Below, piece after piece: positions 1 through 10,099 of a DNA stretch of 64,000 nt; within the stretch, counting starts at the first letter, position 1, and each line of letters starts with the position of its first letter. Under the pieces are notes generated by a model that made no database searches, was not told the DNA's origin, and saw nothing but the letters and a program-made list of their open reading frames with translations. Origin of the DNA: Craspedostauros australis (taxonomy: Eukaryota); assembly GCA_030167865.1 (NCBI GenBank), contig JALAGF010001916.1, positions 1 to 64,000 on the forward strand, in the 5' to 3' direction. The translations under genes and the position numbers were made by a program.

Positions 1-292
1 CGCCGTGTTTTGATTGAACATAACACACAAGGAACATTGTTGAAAAAATGGCGCGCATGGTTCCTGGAGTCGTGATTGATTTGAGTGAGGAACAAAATTC
101 ATTCACGACACAATTTGATCACTCTCAAGGTCACAAAGTATGCGTGTCATTGGAATATTCCCACAAGGGTGCAGTGGCATTTTGAAACTGTTGAATCAAG
201 AACACCCCAAGAAGAGAATCAACGCGAGCCGAGGCGGAGCATCCCGTGCCAAAGCAACCCGTGAGAAACCATGGTACAAACTCGGAGGGTAA
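1..292 (+). CDS. Possible 3' end of a gene entering from the left edge (…GILKLLNQEHPKKRINASRGGASRAKATREKPWYKLGG*)
   Basis: Open frame from about 128 to TAA at 290-292, followed by 3'UTR-like sequence. No recognisable domain; splice structure unresolved. Confidence 0.25.
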
Positions 293-765
293 CCGAAGGC
301 GGCATTCGATCAGTTCCTCTCTTGAATGATACACATACGTAGTACAAGTACTCCATGTCAAATAGCACTCAGTGTCACATGCACGAGTGTCTGCCTGAGC
401 ACATGAGCAGTCTCTGCAGTGATGCATGCATATTATGTATAGTGCCACACAGTTCTATCCGTCTTGCTGTTGCTGAACATGACGACTACTTCGTCCTTCT
501 TCCGCGTATGGTGTGCTCCAAAATCTTCCTCCGAATCAACCGTTCGTCCGCGAAGACTCTTTTGTGGAAACTCGCTTCTCGTAGTTCAATCGGATGCGTA
601 GACGGTCACGAATGCTGTAGCGGACAGCCCACATCTTCGGCTTACTCGTACGATTCACTTGAGAGGGAGGTACCTGATGGAGAATATGCTGACCCAAGTG
701 GAAATTGAAACGGCGATCAATCCTCATACAGTTGTTGGTGCGGCGATAGGCATGCCATGAAGCTG

Positions 766-1917
766 TTAATCCACCAAACACGATGGATCCAGTTCCATAA
801 TGGCAACGGGTAGTTCCTTCGGTGTTTCGGATACCGATTTGGAATTTGCGCCGCAGATAAGTCCGTGCCGAGGTCCCGAACATGTCCGTCCCATCGCATT
901 GCGGAATATGGCATTCTTTACTCCCAGTTGCTTCAGCGTTTCCAGAAAGGCGGGCCTGCCAGCCCGCCCGGGGCTGTCTCCAACAATGACGCGGCACCCA
1001 TTCTTCAAGGCTTCCACTGCACGCACCGCCATCGCAGTCCCCGTCGGAATTTCGTACATGATGTCTGCTGCGACGACAATGTCGACATCCTGTGGCAACG
1101 GTGTGCCGTCGTGATCGCACATGTCTAATTTCGCAAATTCCATCCGTTGCATGTCGCATCCATTCAATTCCATGGCAGCGTACTGTGTCAACGACAACGC
1201 GAGCTGCTCGTAATCCGTCGCGATGACCTGTTTCGCGCCACCCTTGATGGATGCCATCGACACGAGCCCCGTGCCTGTCCCCAGCTCGCATATGGTCAAT
1301 CCTTGTAGCGGTTGCTGCGAGTTGTCGTCGTCATTATCACCGTCCCTGCTACTGTCGCTGTCTTCGATGCTGCCCTTGTCATCATGACTGGAAGTATCCT
1401 TGTATGGAGATTGGAATTCTGTCAGCAGGTAGTTGGACACGGCCCATGCTGCAGGCCATAACACTGCACCGTAAGGGTCGCCAGCGTCCAGAGCGAGGCT
1501 GGATATGCCATCCGACTGCGCGGCATCAACTTCATCCTCTAAAAGCAGGGCGACGTCGACCAGATCCTCCTGTGCTTCCGCTGTGGCTTCGAGAACCGTG
1601 ATGGTTCCGACGATGGGCAGATCAAGCGGAACCTGCCGACAAGTGACGCCATGGACGGTGTGCGTGATGGCATCACCGTCGCTGGTGGCTGTTGCTCCGA
1701 TGTTCGCACTCGTACGGACATTTCTGTTCCTCCTGATTTCGCTTTGGGCTATGAATTTGGATCGAACAACATCAGAGGCTGGTGATGTTGACGATGATGA
1801 CGGTGGGATGAATGCATGGCGATCAGACTTTGCGGATGCGACGATGATGCAAGCCAAAGCTGCGATGGTGCGCACAAACTTGATGGTTACCGTCACGCTC
1901 CTCTTGGTTACCACCAT
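766..1917 (-). CDS. Class I SAM-dependent protein methyltransferase (Methyltransf_16 / METTL20-21-like), probably plastid-targeted
   Basis: Motifs DPYGAVLWPAAW, ELGTGTG (motif I), VIATDY and DIVVAADIMY. ATG at 1917 gives a hydrophobic signal peptide ending in HAFIPP. The upstream ORF extension runs through a microsatellite. Confidence 0.85.
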   Translation of the reverse strand: MVVTKRSVTVTIKFVRTIAALACIIVASAKSDRHAFIPPSSSSTSPASDVVRSKFIAQSEIRRNRNVRTSANIGATATSDGDAITHTVHGVTCRQVPLDLPIVGTITVLEATAEAQEDLVDVALLLEDEVDAAQSDGISSLALDAGDPYGAVLWPAAWAVSNYLLTEFQSPYKDTSSHDDKGSIEDSDSSRDGDNDDDNSQQPLQGLTICELGTGTGLVSMASIKGGAKQVIATDYEQLALSLTQYAAMELNGCDMQRMEFAKLDMCDHDGTPLPQDVDIVVAADIMYEIPTGTAMAVRAVEALKNGCRVIVGDSPGRAGRPAFLETLKQLGVKNAIFRNAMGRTCSGPRHGLICGANSKSVSETPKELPVAIMELDPSCLVD

Positions 1918-2041
1918 CCTGCTTTCTTCGACTCTTGTGATGGCGATGCGTGATGGAGCGAAGGTTGCTGATGCACGCTCGATGCCAACAACAGCTGAAC
2001 GATGGCAGTGATGTCCCCTCCTGCATCGACAGAGCGATGCG

Positions 2042-2104
2042 CACCCACACCCACACCCACAACCACAACCACAACCACAACCACAACCACAACCACAACC
2101 ACCC
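2042..2104. repeat. Hexamer microsatellite (CACACC)n grading into (CACAAC)n
   Basis: About 10 units visible in the divergent intergenic region between the methyltransferase and the phosphagen kinase. Confidence 0.95.
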
Positions 2105-2570
2105 ATCTCGCAGAACATCAGGCACATCAAGAATCACTGAAACAACCACGACTCAGGAATTTGGCCATCCATTGACGCGAACGCAGAAGCCAACAACTCC
2201 TTCTCTAGGTTAAAATACATAGGCTTCAGCGTTTCCACAGCGATGTTCCTGTTGATGTCTTGGATACTTTTTCGAATCTCTGCGCAAAAAGAACAACCAC
2301 GACGACCACGACCAACAGGGAGACAAGGGAACAGAGAGAGTCCACCGAGCCACGCGGATGAGAATGGCTCGGTTTGGTACCATCCTCCTCTCTCTTCTCG
2401 AAGAGATGGATGGCGAAAAGATGCAAAGAGATGCTGATTTGATGTGAACACAACATCAGGCGGCACAAAAAGCGACAAGGCTAAAGGCGGCATCCATACA
2501 GGCAATACATCGCACACATACTGGCGCCGTACTTGTGCAAACCAACGACAACTCAGAGTGTGAGGAGAAG

Positions 2571-4157
2571 ATGCTGCGAAAAGCGGCGCTGCGGTCCTTT
2601 TCGAGGGTCGGGATTCCATTGATCGTGGTGGGTGGAACTGCCTTTGTTCTGGAGAACGAGCAGGGCAAGGGACGGAGTGAGCAACGCGTCCGTGCTGCCA
2701 GCATCGCGAGCAATCGAAGTGTTGACCCAGTGAGATCGCTGGGTGGGCAGATTGAGACAACTTCGTGCGATTGGTTCCGCTCGGGTACCCCAGCCCATGC
2801 GAAGCATGTCGGGGGTGACAGTCTTCAGGTCTACGGCCACAGAGATGGCGATGGCGCAGGTGCTGTGGGCACTATCAAGCAACAGCGCTTCGGCACAGGC
2901 CCAGATCGCAGCATGCACAAGGTTCGCTTGGATAGCAACTACCCCGACTTTCGACGGCATGGGCCGGATTCGCCACTCGCCAAGTATCTGACACCCGAAT
3001 TGTATGACAAGCTCAAGAACAAGAGAACACGAAACGGCGTTACCTTGGACAGCATCATCCAGGCTGGCGTGGCGCTGCCGTGGGGAGCACACCCGCCCCG
3101 TGGTTTGGGAGTGTACGCGGGAGACGCTGAATGTTACAAGGTCTTCCGCCCGTTGCTCCAACCCATACTGGAGGACTACCACGGAATGGCCGAACTCAAA
3201 AAGCGGATGACGCAGAAGGCACGCACCAGCGATGGCACCACCAAGGTATCAGCCGAAGCTGACTCTCGCATGCATGCCTCTCATCGTCAGTTGGATGGCA
3301 AAGGACGCCGGAAAGTCAGATTGCAACGGCAAGTCACCAACCTGAATCCAAAACACGTGACCTTCCGACCCATCGATCCCACCGGAGAGTACATCCTCTA
3401 CACGCGCATGAGAGCTTCACGTTCCGTTGATGGATTCGCATTCACGCCGGCCATCTCTCGGCAACGGCGGAGGCAGGTTGAGCAGCTGCTGAGAGACTGC
3501 GTGGAACAGGACTTCCCTGGTGGCCAGTACCACTCCATCATGGACATGACGAATGCCCAGCACAACGACTTGATCGATAGGCACATCTTGTTCAAGGACC
3601 CGGATGCGTACGCCAACCTCGCAGGGCTTGGCCGTGACTGGCCTGACGGACGTGGCTTGTACTGCGATCGGTTGGAATCTCCCAACACCGTCATTTGGTG
3701 CAATGATAATGACCACTTCCGCATAATCTCGATGCAGAAGGGTGGATCATTGCAGGATGTCTTTGCAAACATGACAGCTGTTCTGCATCGCTTGGAGAAG
3801 GCGCTTGCGAAGCGCGGGCAGTCCTTCAGCACGGATCCGCAGCTGGGATTTCTGAACACCTCGCCGACGAATTGCGGCACGGGCCTGCGTGCCAGCGTTT
3901 ACGTGAAGTTGGTTCGCCTCGGCCAGCAGCCTGGTTTTGAAGAGCTGCTGCATCGCATGAAACTGGAGGCGTCCACGCGTTTCAACGAGAGAGACAATCG
4001 GTACACGGGCATATTCGACATTGCCAATGCAGAACGGCTTGGCCGCAGCGAGGTGGAGCTGATCAACACCATGATCGATGGCATCGGGAGATTGATCGAG
4101 CTTGAGAAACAGTTGGAGCGAGGCGAAGAAGTTCGTTTGGATGAAATTGAAGGTTGA
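2571..4157 (+). CDS. Phosphagen kinase (ATP:guanido phosphotransferase; arginine/creatine kinase family), divergent, with N-terminal mitochondrial-like leader and hydrophobic segment
   Basis: Motifs SPLAKYLTPELYDKLK, GVYAGDAECY, TRMRASRS, DWPDGRG, WCNDNDHFRIISMQKGG, GFLNTSPTNCGTGLRASV and FDIANAERLG. Start taken at ATG 2571 (MLRKAALRSF). Confidence 0.92.
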   Translation: MLRKAALRSFSRVGIPLIVVGGTAFVLENEQGKGRSEQRVRAASIASNRSVDPVRSLGGQIETTSCDWFRSGTPAHAKHVGGDSLQVYGHRDGDGAGAVGTIKQQRFGTGPDRSMHKVRLDSNYPDFRRHGPDSPLAKYLTPELYDKLKNKRTRNGVTLDSIIQAGVALPWGAHPPRGLGVYAGDAECYKVFRPLLQPILEDYHGMAELKKRMTQKARTSDGTTKVSAEADSRMHASHRQLDGKGRRKVRLQRQVTNLNPKHVTFRPIDPTGEYILYTRMRASRSVDGFAFTPAISRQRRRQVEQLLRDCVEQDFPGGQYHSIMDMTNAQHNDLIDRHILFKDPDAYANLAGLGRDWPDGRGLYCDRLESPNTVIWCNDNDHFRIISMQKGGSLQDVFANMTAVLHRLEKALAKRGQSFSTDPQLGFLNTSPTNCGTGLRASVYVKLVRLGQQPGFEELLHRMKLEASTRFNERDNRYTGIFDIANAERLGRSEVELINTMIDGIGRLIELEKQLERGEEVRLDEIEG

Positions 4158-4415
4158 TTGCTCCAATAATGTTCGTTGGGGTACCATACTTCAATAGTGG
4201 TACGAGTGGCAGCCACCGATACTCCACCACATATACCATGCTCGTGTCATGCACGCACTAGTACTATTCGTTCGTCGATACCAAAGTCATACATCATTCA
4301 CTCTGCACCCTATGGTGCCATCATCGTTTGTGCAAGTAATCTAATATGTAGTAGTTGCAGAGTGCCAGTTTCATATTCCCTCTGAAAAATCACAATACTA
4401 TACTCGCACATTGAC

Positions 4416-7019
4416 CTATCTGTCAATGATGTACTTCCCAACCCATTCATTTGTGACGTCGTCCATGGCCTTGGCCCACTTGGCTTCCTCGAGCGGCGTT
4501 TGGGGCGACTTATCGACGTTGGGTTCCGCGACGCCGCGCTGCGATCGATCACGTCTGCCCTGGTGCTTCGCATCGCAGACATCGAAGAGCTCGCAGCTCA
4601 CACCTAGATTTCCAATCACCAAATTGAAGGACAGCCGCGCGATGAGCCAACGCAGACCATGCACGAAGGTGTGCGCATCGGCTTCCGTGGCGGCTTCAAA
4701 GACGAAGTTCTGATTCCGCGTGAGCTGGATGAAGATGCTGCGGGCGGGGATCGTGAAGGGATAATCTCGCAGATGCTGCGACGTCGCCTTTTCCAATGCG
4801 CTGATTTCGAACAGATCCACGCCGTAGACCTCGTCGGTTTGGACGTCGCACCAAGCCATGCGGGGGCTGCAGTAGCATCCATCGGGTTTGAGGAAACCTC
4901 GCTTGATGAAGAGGATGATTTCGTTCGCCTTGACGCTGGAGGGTTCCTTGTGCCATGAGAAACGAAAGCCGTGCGAGCATAGCTCGTACACGAAGGATTT
5001 GATGAAATTCTTGTCTTTCGGGTCGGTCTCCAGCACTGATCTCGGCGAGAAGCTTGATCCATTCGCATGCTTCTTCCTCTTTTCGTTGTGGATTTGCAAC
5101 TGGCGCAGGTCGCGATCGAGGTGAGCGGTATTCTGCTCCAGATCGGCGCCTGCTTTGTCCTTGGGTGTTCGTTTGGTGGAAGTAGTGGCAGTCGCCGTAT
5201 TCTTCGATTCATCTCGATTGGGACTCACGGCTTCAAGTTTGAAGTCGTCGAAATTGGTGGTGACAATCGCCTTCGAGGCGGACAATGCCGCCCTCGCTGC
5301 TGCCACTGCCGCTGCCGACGAAGCGAGGGGATCATCCGTGTCCATCGCCAATGCTGTCTTCTGTTCATTGCTCGCAGGCTGCTGAGCTTGATCGACGCGA
5401 TTGCGCGCATCCGATTGCGACGAAGTGATCGTGGACGACGAACCCTGACTTCCCGCATGCTTTGGCGTGTGCTGATCGTCCGCCGAGTTGTTCTTGGGAC
5501 GCGTGGGTGTGCGCATCTTTTCCGTGGTATCGTCGTCATCATCATCGCTGCCGCTCCACGTGGATTCGTCGCTGGCGCGCGAACTTGCGTCATCGGACTC
5601 GGCTGAAACAAGCTGATCGCAGGCAGACCCGCACGTGGTGTTCATGAGCTTGATGATGTCCCTCGGATTCGGTACGTACTGCTGAAATATGGAGCCGATG
5701 CCCGGTGTCTGCCTTCTGCGTCTGCGACGATTTGGGAGCGGCGGATGTTCGAACGAAGCGCCGTCGATGCTCTTCTGCTCCCTGATCTTTTCCTCCTTGG
5801 CGATCTTCATCTTGCGCTTCCAGTTCTGCTGCTTTTTGACCTTGATCTGCTCCTCTGTCTGCCCCTTGTGTTTCGATCGTTTCTTGCTGTCTCCTTTGTC
5901 CTTGTCGTCGAATCCCACCCCGGTCCGCATGCGCGCCATGGGCGATGTTCGATGCAACGACGGCGTCGTGCTGGTGCCCGGACTCATGGTGCGGCCGCGA
6001 GAGTCGCTGAGGCTGTCGTCCAAGCTGGTGGGCGACAGGGGTTCTCCGGCGCTGCTGTAGTTGGAGGATCGGGTGGTGGCCGTCGATTCGGAATGCTTCA
6101 AAGTGAGCGGCGCGTACATGCCAAAGGACATGGTCGATGATTCGGACAGGGAAGGGAAGGAACCCGACGTCGTCCATTGGTTGCTGTTGTTGTTGTTGTT
6201 GACCACCGGCTGAGTGGCAGTTCTGGGTGTGCGAAATTGTTGCGGCAGAGTGTAGAGATTGGATGACTCCACGCGCTGATGATAATCATCGGGATTCATC
6301 GTTCTCGGGGTGAGTTTGAAGCGTGATCCCGTCGCGTCGTCGACAGCATCTGCATTGTGCTGTGGCGCTTGACGCAGAGACATGGGGCCGGCCGATCGAG
6401 GATGCGACGCAGCAGCAGCAGCGCCTGACGGGGTGGCCATCATGCCCGTCGCAAATCCACTGAGTGTTTGGTACGCCGCATTGAGGCCTTCGTTGAATGA
6501 GTCTGTCGCGGACTTGGTCTGGTTGGTCGTTGCATCCGAAGAGATATCTGCGATTGCATTCATGTGTGTGCTCGCGTGTGTGCTTGCATTCGCGTGCGCA
6601 CCTCTTCCAACAACACCTGTCGCAACGCCAGCTGCCCCCACACCAGTCGCATGCGACGGACCGACACCCTGCTGAGCATGGTCGTCGGTTGTGACTGCAT
6701 CGGCATCCCTGACGACCGATACCAAGCTGACACCATGGGCCGTTGCGATGCGTCGCGACGGAGAGATCTTCTCCACCTCCATCACCTGCGACGATGTCAC
6801 GAAGGTCACGTGCTGACCGGGAGTGGACGCCTTCTTCCGCTGCAAGCTGCCGCCGTTGGCATTTATTCTGCTGTTCATGTTGCTGCTGAGATTGCTGTTC
6901 ATGTTGATGTTGAGATTGCTATTGGCACCTCCAACTGCCACACCATGCTGGATGGTACTCTTGTAATTGTGCTGTGGCAATGTATCGGCCCGCATGTTGT
7001 CAACACCGACTGCTGCCAT
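4416..7019 (-). CDS. Large low-complexity protein with C-terminal PH-like domain
   Basis: Long uninterrupted ORF, first ATG at 7019. C-terminal YGVDLFEISALEKA…SIFIQLTRNQNFVFEAATEADAHTFVHGLRWL fits the PH beta7 plus C-terminal helix pattern. Confidence 0.75.
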   Translation of the reverse strand: MAAVGVDNMRADTLPQHNYKSTIQHGVAVGGANSNLNINMNSNLSSNMNSRINANGGSLQRKKASTPGQHVTFVTSSQVMEVEKISPSRRIATAHGVSLVSVVRDADAVTTDDHAQQGVGPSHATGVGAAGVATGVVGRGAHANASTHASTHMNAIADISSDATTNQTKSATDSFNEGLNAAYQTLSGFATGMMATPSGAAAAASHPRSAGPMSLRQAPQHNADAVDDATGSRFKLTPRTMNPDDYHQRVESSNLYTLPQQFRTPRTATQPVVNNNNNSNQWTTSGSFPSLSESSTMSFGMYAPLTLKHSESTATTRSSNYSSAGEPLSPTSLDDSLSDSRGRTMSPGTSTTPSLHRTSPMARMRTGVGFDDKDKGDSKKRSKHKGQTEEQIKVKKQQNWKRKMKIAKEEKIREQKSIDGASFEHPPLPNRRRRRRQTPGIGSIFQQYVPNPRDIIKLMNTTCGSACDQLVSAESDDASSRASDESTWSGSDDDDDDTTEKMRTPTRPKNNSADDQHTPKHAGSQGSSSTITSSQSDARNRVDQAQQPASNEQKTALAMDTDDPLASSAAAVAAARAALSASKAIVTTNFDDFKLEAVSPNRDESKNTATATTSTKRTPKDKAGADLEQNTAHLDRDLRQLQIHNEKRKKHANGSSFSPRSVLETDPKDKNFIKSFVYELCSHGFRFSWHKEPSSVKANEIILFIKRGFLKPDGCYCSPRMAWCDVQTDEVYGVDLFEISALEKATSQHLRDYPFTIPARSIFIQLTRNQNFVFEAATEADAHTFVHGLRWLIARLSFNLVIGNLGVSCELFDVCDAKHQGRRDRSQRGVAEPNVDKSPQTPLEEAKWAKAMDDVTNEWVGKYIIDR

Positions 7020-8201
7020 TGTGATTCCTCGTACGTTGTTCTTTGTTGCTTTGCTCTCTGTCGATTGTGGTATTATGGTCGTGTGGTGTCTCTGTGGTTT
7101 ATTTGTGAAAGCGATGGACGAAATAGAGCGCACAGCAGAAGGCAGGGCAGCACCGAGAAGCAAGTTCTTTGGGAGTTGTTGAAGTCGTGTCAAGGAGAGT
7201 TCGCCTGTTGCCAAGTCAGCCAGAGTACTCTACGCTGACTGTGACTGTGGATGGGATGGGATGCGGTGGAGTAGAGTAGAGCAGAGCACACTCTGCAGGC
7301 CACTCTATGGCAGTGATGCCTCCAACGATGATGTTCCTTCCGCTCTCTGCCTCCAAATGTTGCTGCCGCTTTTCCCTCCTGCGTGCAGCGGCGGATGAAG
7401 CAGAGCAGAGTATTACTATTATTACTGTTAGTATTAGTATGGTGGAGTATGGTGGAGTCCGAGCGATGGTGCTCTGGTGGTGACGTGAGTTGATGCTTCG
7501 TCAATGATCGAACGAGAGAAGCGAGGAAGCGAGGAAGCAAGAAAGGAAGAGCGCAAGAACGCAAGGAGGTTGATTGGGATCTCCCTGTTTGACGGCCCGT
7601 CGCGGAGGAGTCTTTCCACAACTGTCGACGATCTTCTCTGTCCGTGTGATTTCGTTTCTCTCTTTCTCTGTCACTCTTGCTGTCACTCTTGCTGTCGCTC
7701 TCTGTGTTGTACGCCGTCCCTTCTTGCAGTCCGACGATCCAACCCTGGTATCTGTTGTGCGAGCTACACTCTCGCGCGAGTACCATGAAGCCCGCCACCA
7801 CCCACAGTCCATCGCTCCCCATTTTTCACTCTCCACCGCATCTCTCCTTGACACCAGCAGGCGCAAGTCCCAAAATCTCCTCGTAACATTTGTCTGTTGC
7901 GTTCCCACCAACGGCAGACGTCCCACAAAAAATTTCGGCTTGGCGATTGGCGCAAATCGTTCCCGTTGTTCATTTTTCTCGGTTGACGATTGCTGTTGTG
8001 GTCGTGTGTGCGATGCCGTGTGCTTTCTGTCCACCAAGGCTTCCCTCCGAGGTGCGACATCTTGTTGGACGAACATGGCCAATGATCGACGAATTTATTT
8101 GGTCATCATTCTTGTTGTTCACCAAATGACCAATCATTTTTACGTTGTGCTTTTCTTGGTGGGAATGGCGAAACTCCCGCCATATTAGGGACTATACAAG
8201 T

Positions 8202-8259
8202 GCGTCAATAGTCCCGTCATCCACGGTGACGTAATTTAATCACGAGATCTTGATGACGC
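8202..8259. promoter_or_regulatory. Cluster of TGACG(T/C) bZIP/CCRE-like sites
   Basis: TGACGC (- strand, 8202-8207), TGACGG (-, 8214-8219), TGACGT (+, 8227-8232) and TGACGC (+, 8254-8259), about 220 bp upstream of the 8478 ATG. Confidence 0.4.
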
Positions 8260-8477
8260 ATCAACAACCACACACAAACAGCCAACAAAACGATGTGGCG
8301 TCGTTGGAACGATGGTGTTTCCCACCAGCATGTTGCAACTGCGTACGACGACAAGCAAGAGGGCAAGACAAGAGTGGGGGAGCATCACTGCGGGCACTCC
8401 GCGTGCGACATCATCAACAACGACGTGCAAGCAACAATAAGTCACCCGTTTTTGCTAGTTGAGACCAATTCGCCACC

Positions 8478-9257
8478 ATGATTCGGAGACAGCTCCCTCT
8501 CGTCGCCCTCTCGACGTCCCTGTTGGTGGTGCTATTTCTCCTCCAATGTGCAACGGTGTCATCATTTCACATTGCGTTTCAAAGCGTTCGTTGCGAGCCG
8601 CGATGTCATCGGCCATCCGATCGCACGTGCCTGCATGCCGCAGCGGACGCTGATGCCAACGACGAGGCTCCCGAGAAGATCAAGGGCGATGCTCTGCGAG
8701 AGAAGACGGGCATTCGTCCCTCCCTGCATCCCACCACCATCAACGCGCTGGCGGGGGCCCTCAAGACCAGGGCCACCGACACGACCAGCGTGCTGCACAA
8801 ATCCAACAACGCCCAACCGCTCGACGTCGCCATGGCCGGAGCTTCCATCGCAAGCAACTTCATCGTCAAACGTCAGGAAAACAGCGACCAGGACGGCATG
8901 AAATTGACCGTCGCGGAAGAGCAGACGATCGCGGGTCGCGTCGTCGGCGTGCTCGTTCGCTTGGAGGATCTGGAGACGACGCTCTACGCCAAGGCCGCGC
9001 AGGTTGGTTGGATCGACAAGTTCAATGAGTGGGGGACCTTCGGCGTGCTGAAGGGGGAGGACGCATTGGACATCGACGACGTCAACGACAAGGTCAAGGA
9101 CGATCCCCTCTTCGCCATGACGCGCGCCGAATGTCTCCTCGGCCTCTTCATCGATACGGTGGAGATCCCGCAGCTGCAGAAGGGCAGCAATGGAGTTCCC
9201 GATGACAGCAAGATCGACTTTCTGGACGAAGATCGACGAGAAATCCTGCTTTCCTAG
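8478..9257 (+). CDS. Hypothetical protein, probably plastid-targeted
   Basis: 259-aa ORF with GC3-rich codon usage, signal peptide followed by SS-FHI and an Arg-rich transit-like segment. Globular-looking body (GIRPSLHPTTIN, QTIAGRVVGV, RAECLLGLF). Confidence 0.8.
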   Translation: MIRRQLPLVALSTSLLVVLFLLQCATVSSFHIAFQSVRCEPRCHRPSDRTCLHAAADADANDEAPEKIKGDALREKTGIRPSLHPTTINALAGALKTRATDTTSVLHKSNNAQPLDVAMAGASIASNFIVKRQENSDQDGMKLTVAEEQTIAGRVVGVLVRLEDLETTLYAKAAQVGWIDKFNEWGTFGVLKGEDALDIDDVNDKVKDDPLFAMTRAECLLGLFIDTVEIPQLQKGSNGVPDDSKIDFLDEDRREILLS

Positions 9258-10099
9258 TGATCATCTTGGGCAACCCTGTGATGATATTCGGAGTGAAATA
9301 CTAGAGTACGTGATATCCAACACTGCTCGTATGGACGGACGCGTACACACACCCAGTCAAACATTCGGGATGTAGTTGTACTATGTGTATGGATGTTGCA
9401 ACCAGATGTTCTCTACTCGTAGAGAGAAAAGCGAGAGAATAGGATGATTTCGAATAGAACAGCCAGCCATCTGCATGCACCCCACGAAGTGACTCTTCCT
9501 CAAGTCTGCTCTACACTCCTTCTCCAGGTGCGGTTTGTGCCGAACGTTGGTCGTCTTCTCTCTTGATGTATCTCGTGACTGAATCAAACGTTCTCAGTCG
9601 TGCGCGACCCGCAAACGAAAAAAGATTCGAGTGCTGTGGCAACGCGACGGATTCGAAATCACCATTTTCTGACTCACCCTGAAAGATCAATACCATCACC
9701 CCTTGGTTGTGCACAAACAATGCAGCAGCGCCAACAACACTAACGGCACCAACGGCAGGAGCAACTGGACCAGCACCGATACAAGTAGGAATACAACTGC
9801 ACAGAATAAGAGAGGGTTACGTCTGGTTGTTCCCGTCTTCGTTCATGCATCTATTGTAATACTACAAGACAACTCAACAATTTCATCCATCCAATCACCA
9901 TCTTCAAGTATTCCGCCATCAGCCGATCGTGCGCGCAAATAGCGTCATCGCGGTGGCCTCCGTCGGAACGAGCATTGGCTTGGATCAGAGCGAGCTCATT
10001 TTGAAGTTGATTGGATTGGATTGAGTTGAGTTGAATTGAGTGGACCGGTCACGATTCTCCGTTGCACCACATCGACTAGAAACAGCACCACCATTCATC

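Noticed and set aside
2042-2130. Poly-(Gly-Cys) N-terminus of the 454-aa ORF, and telomere-like look of (GGTTGT)n
   Set aside because: Artefact of translating a microsatellite; the credible start is 1917. The unit differs from TTAGGG and sits between two genes.
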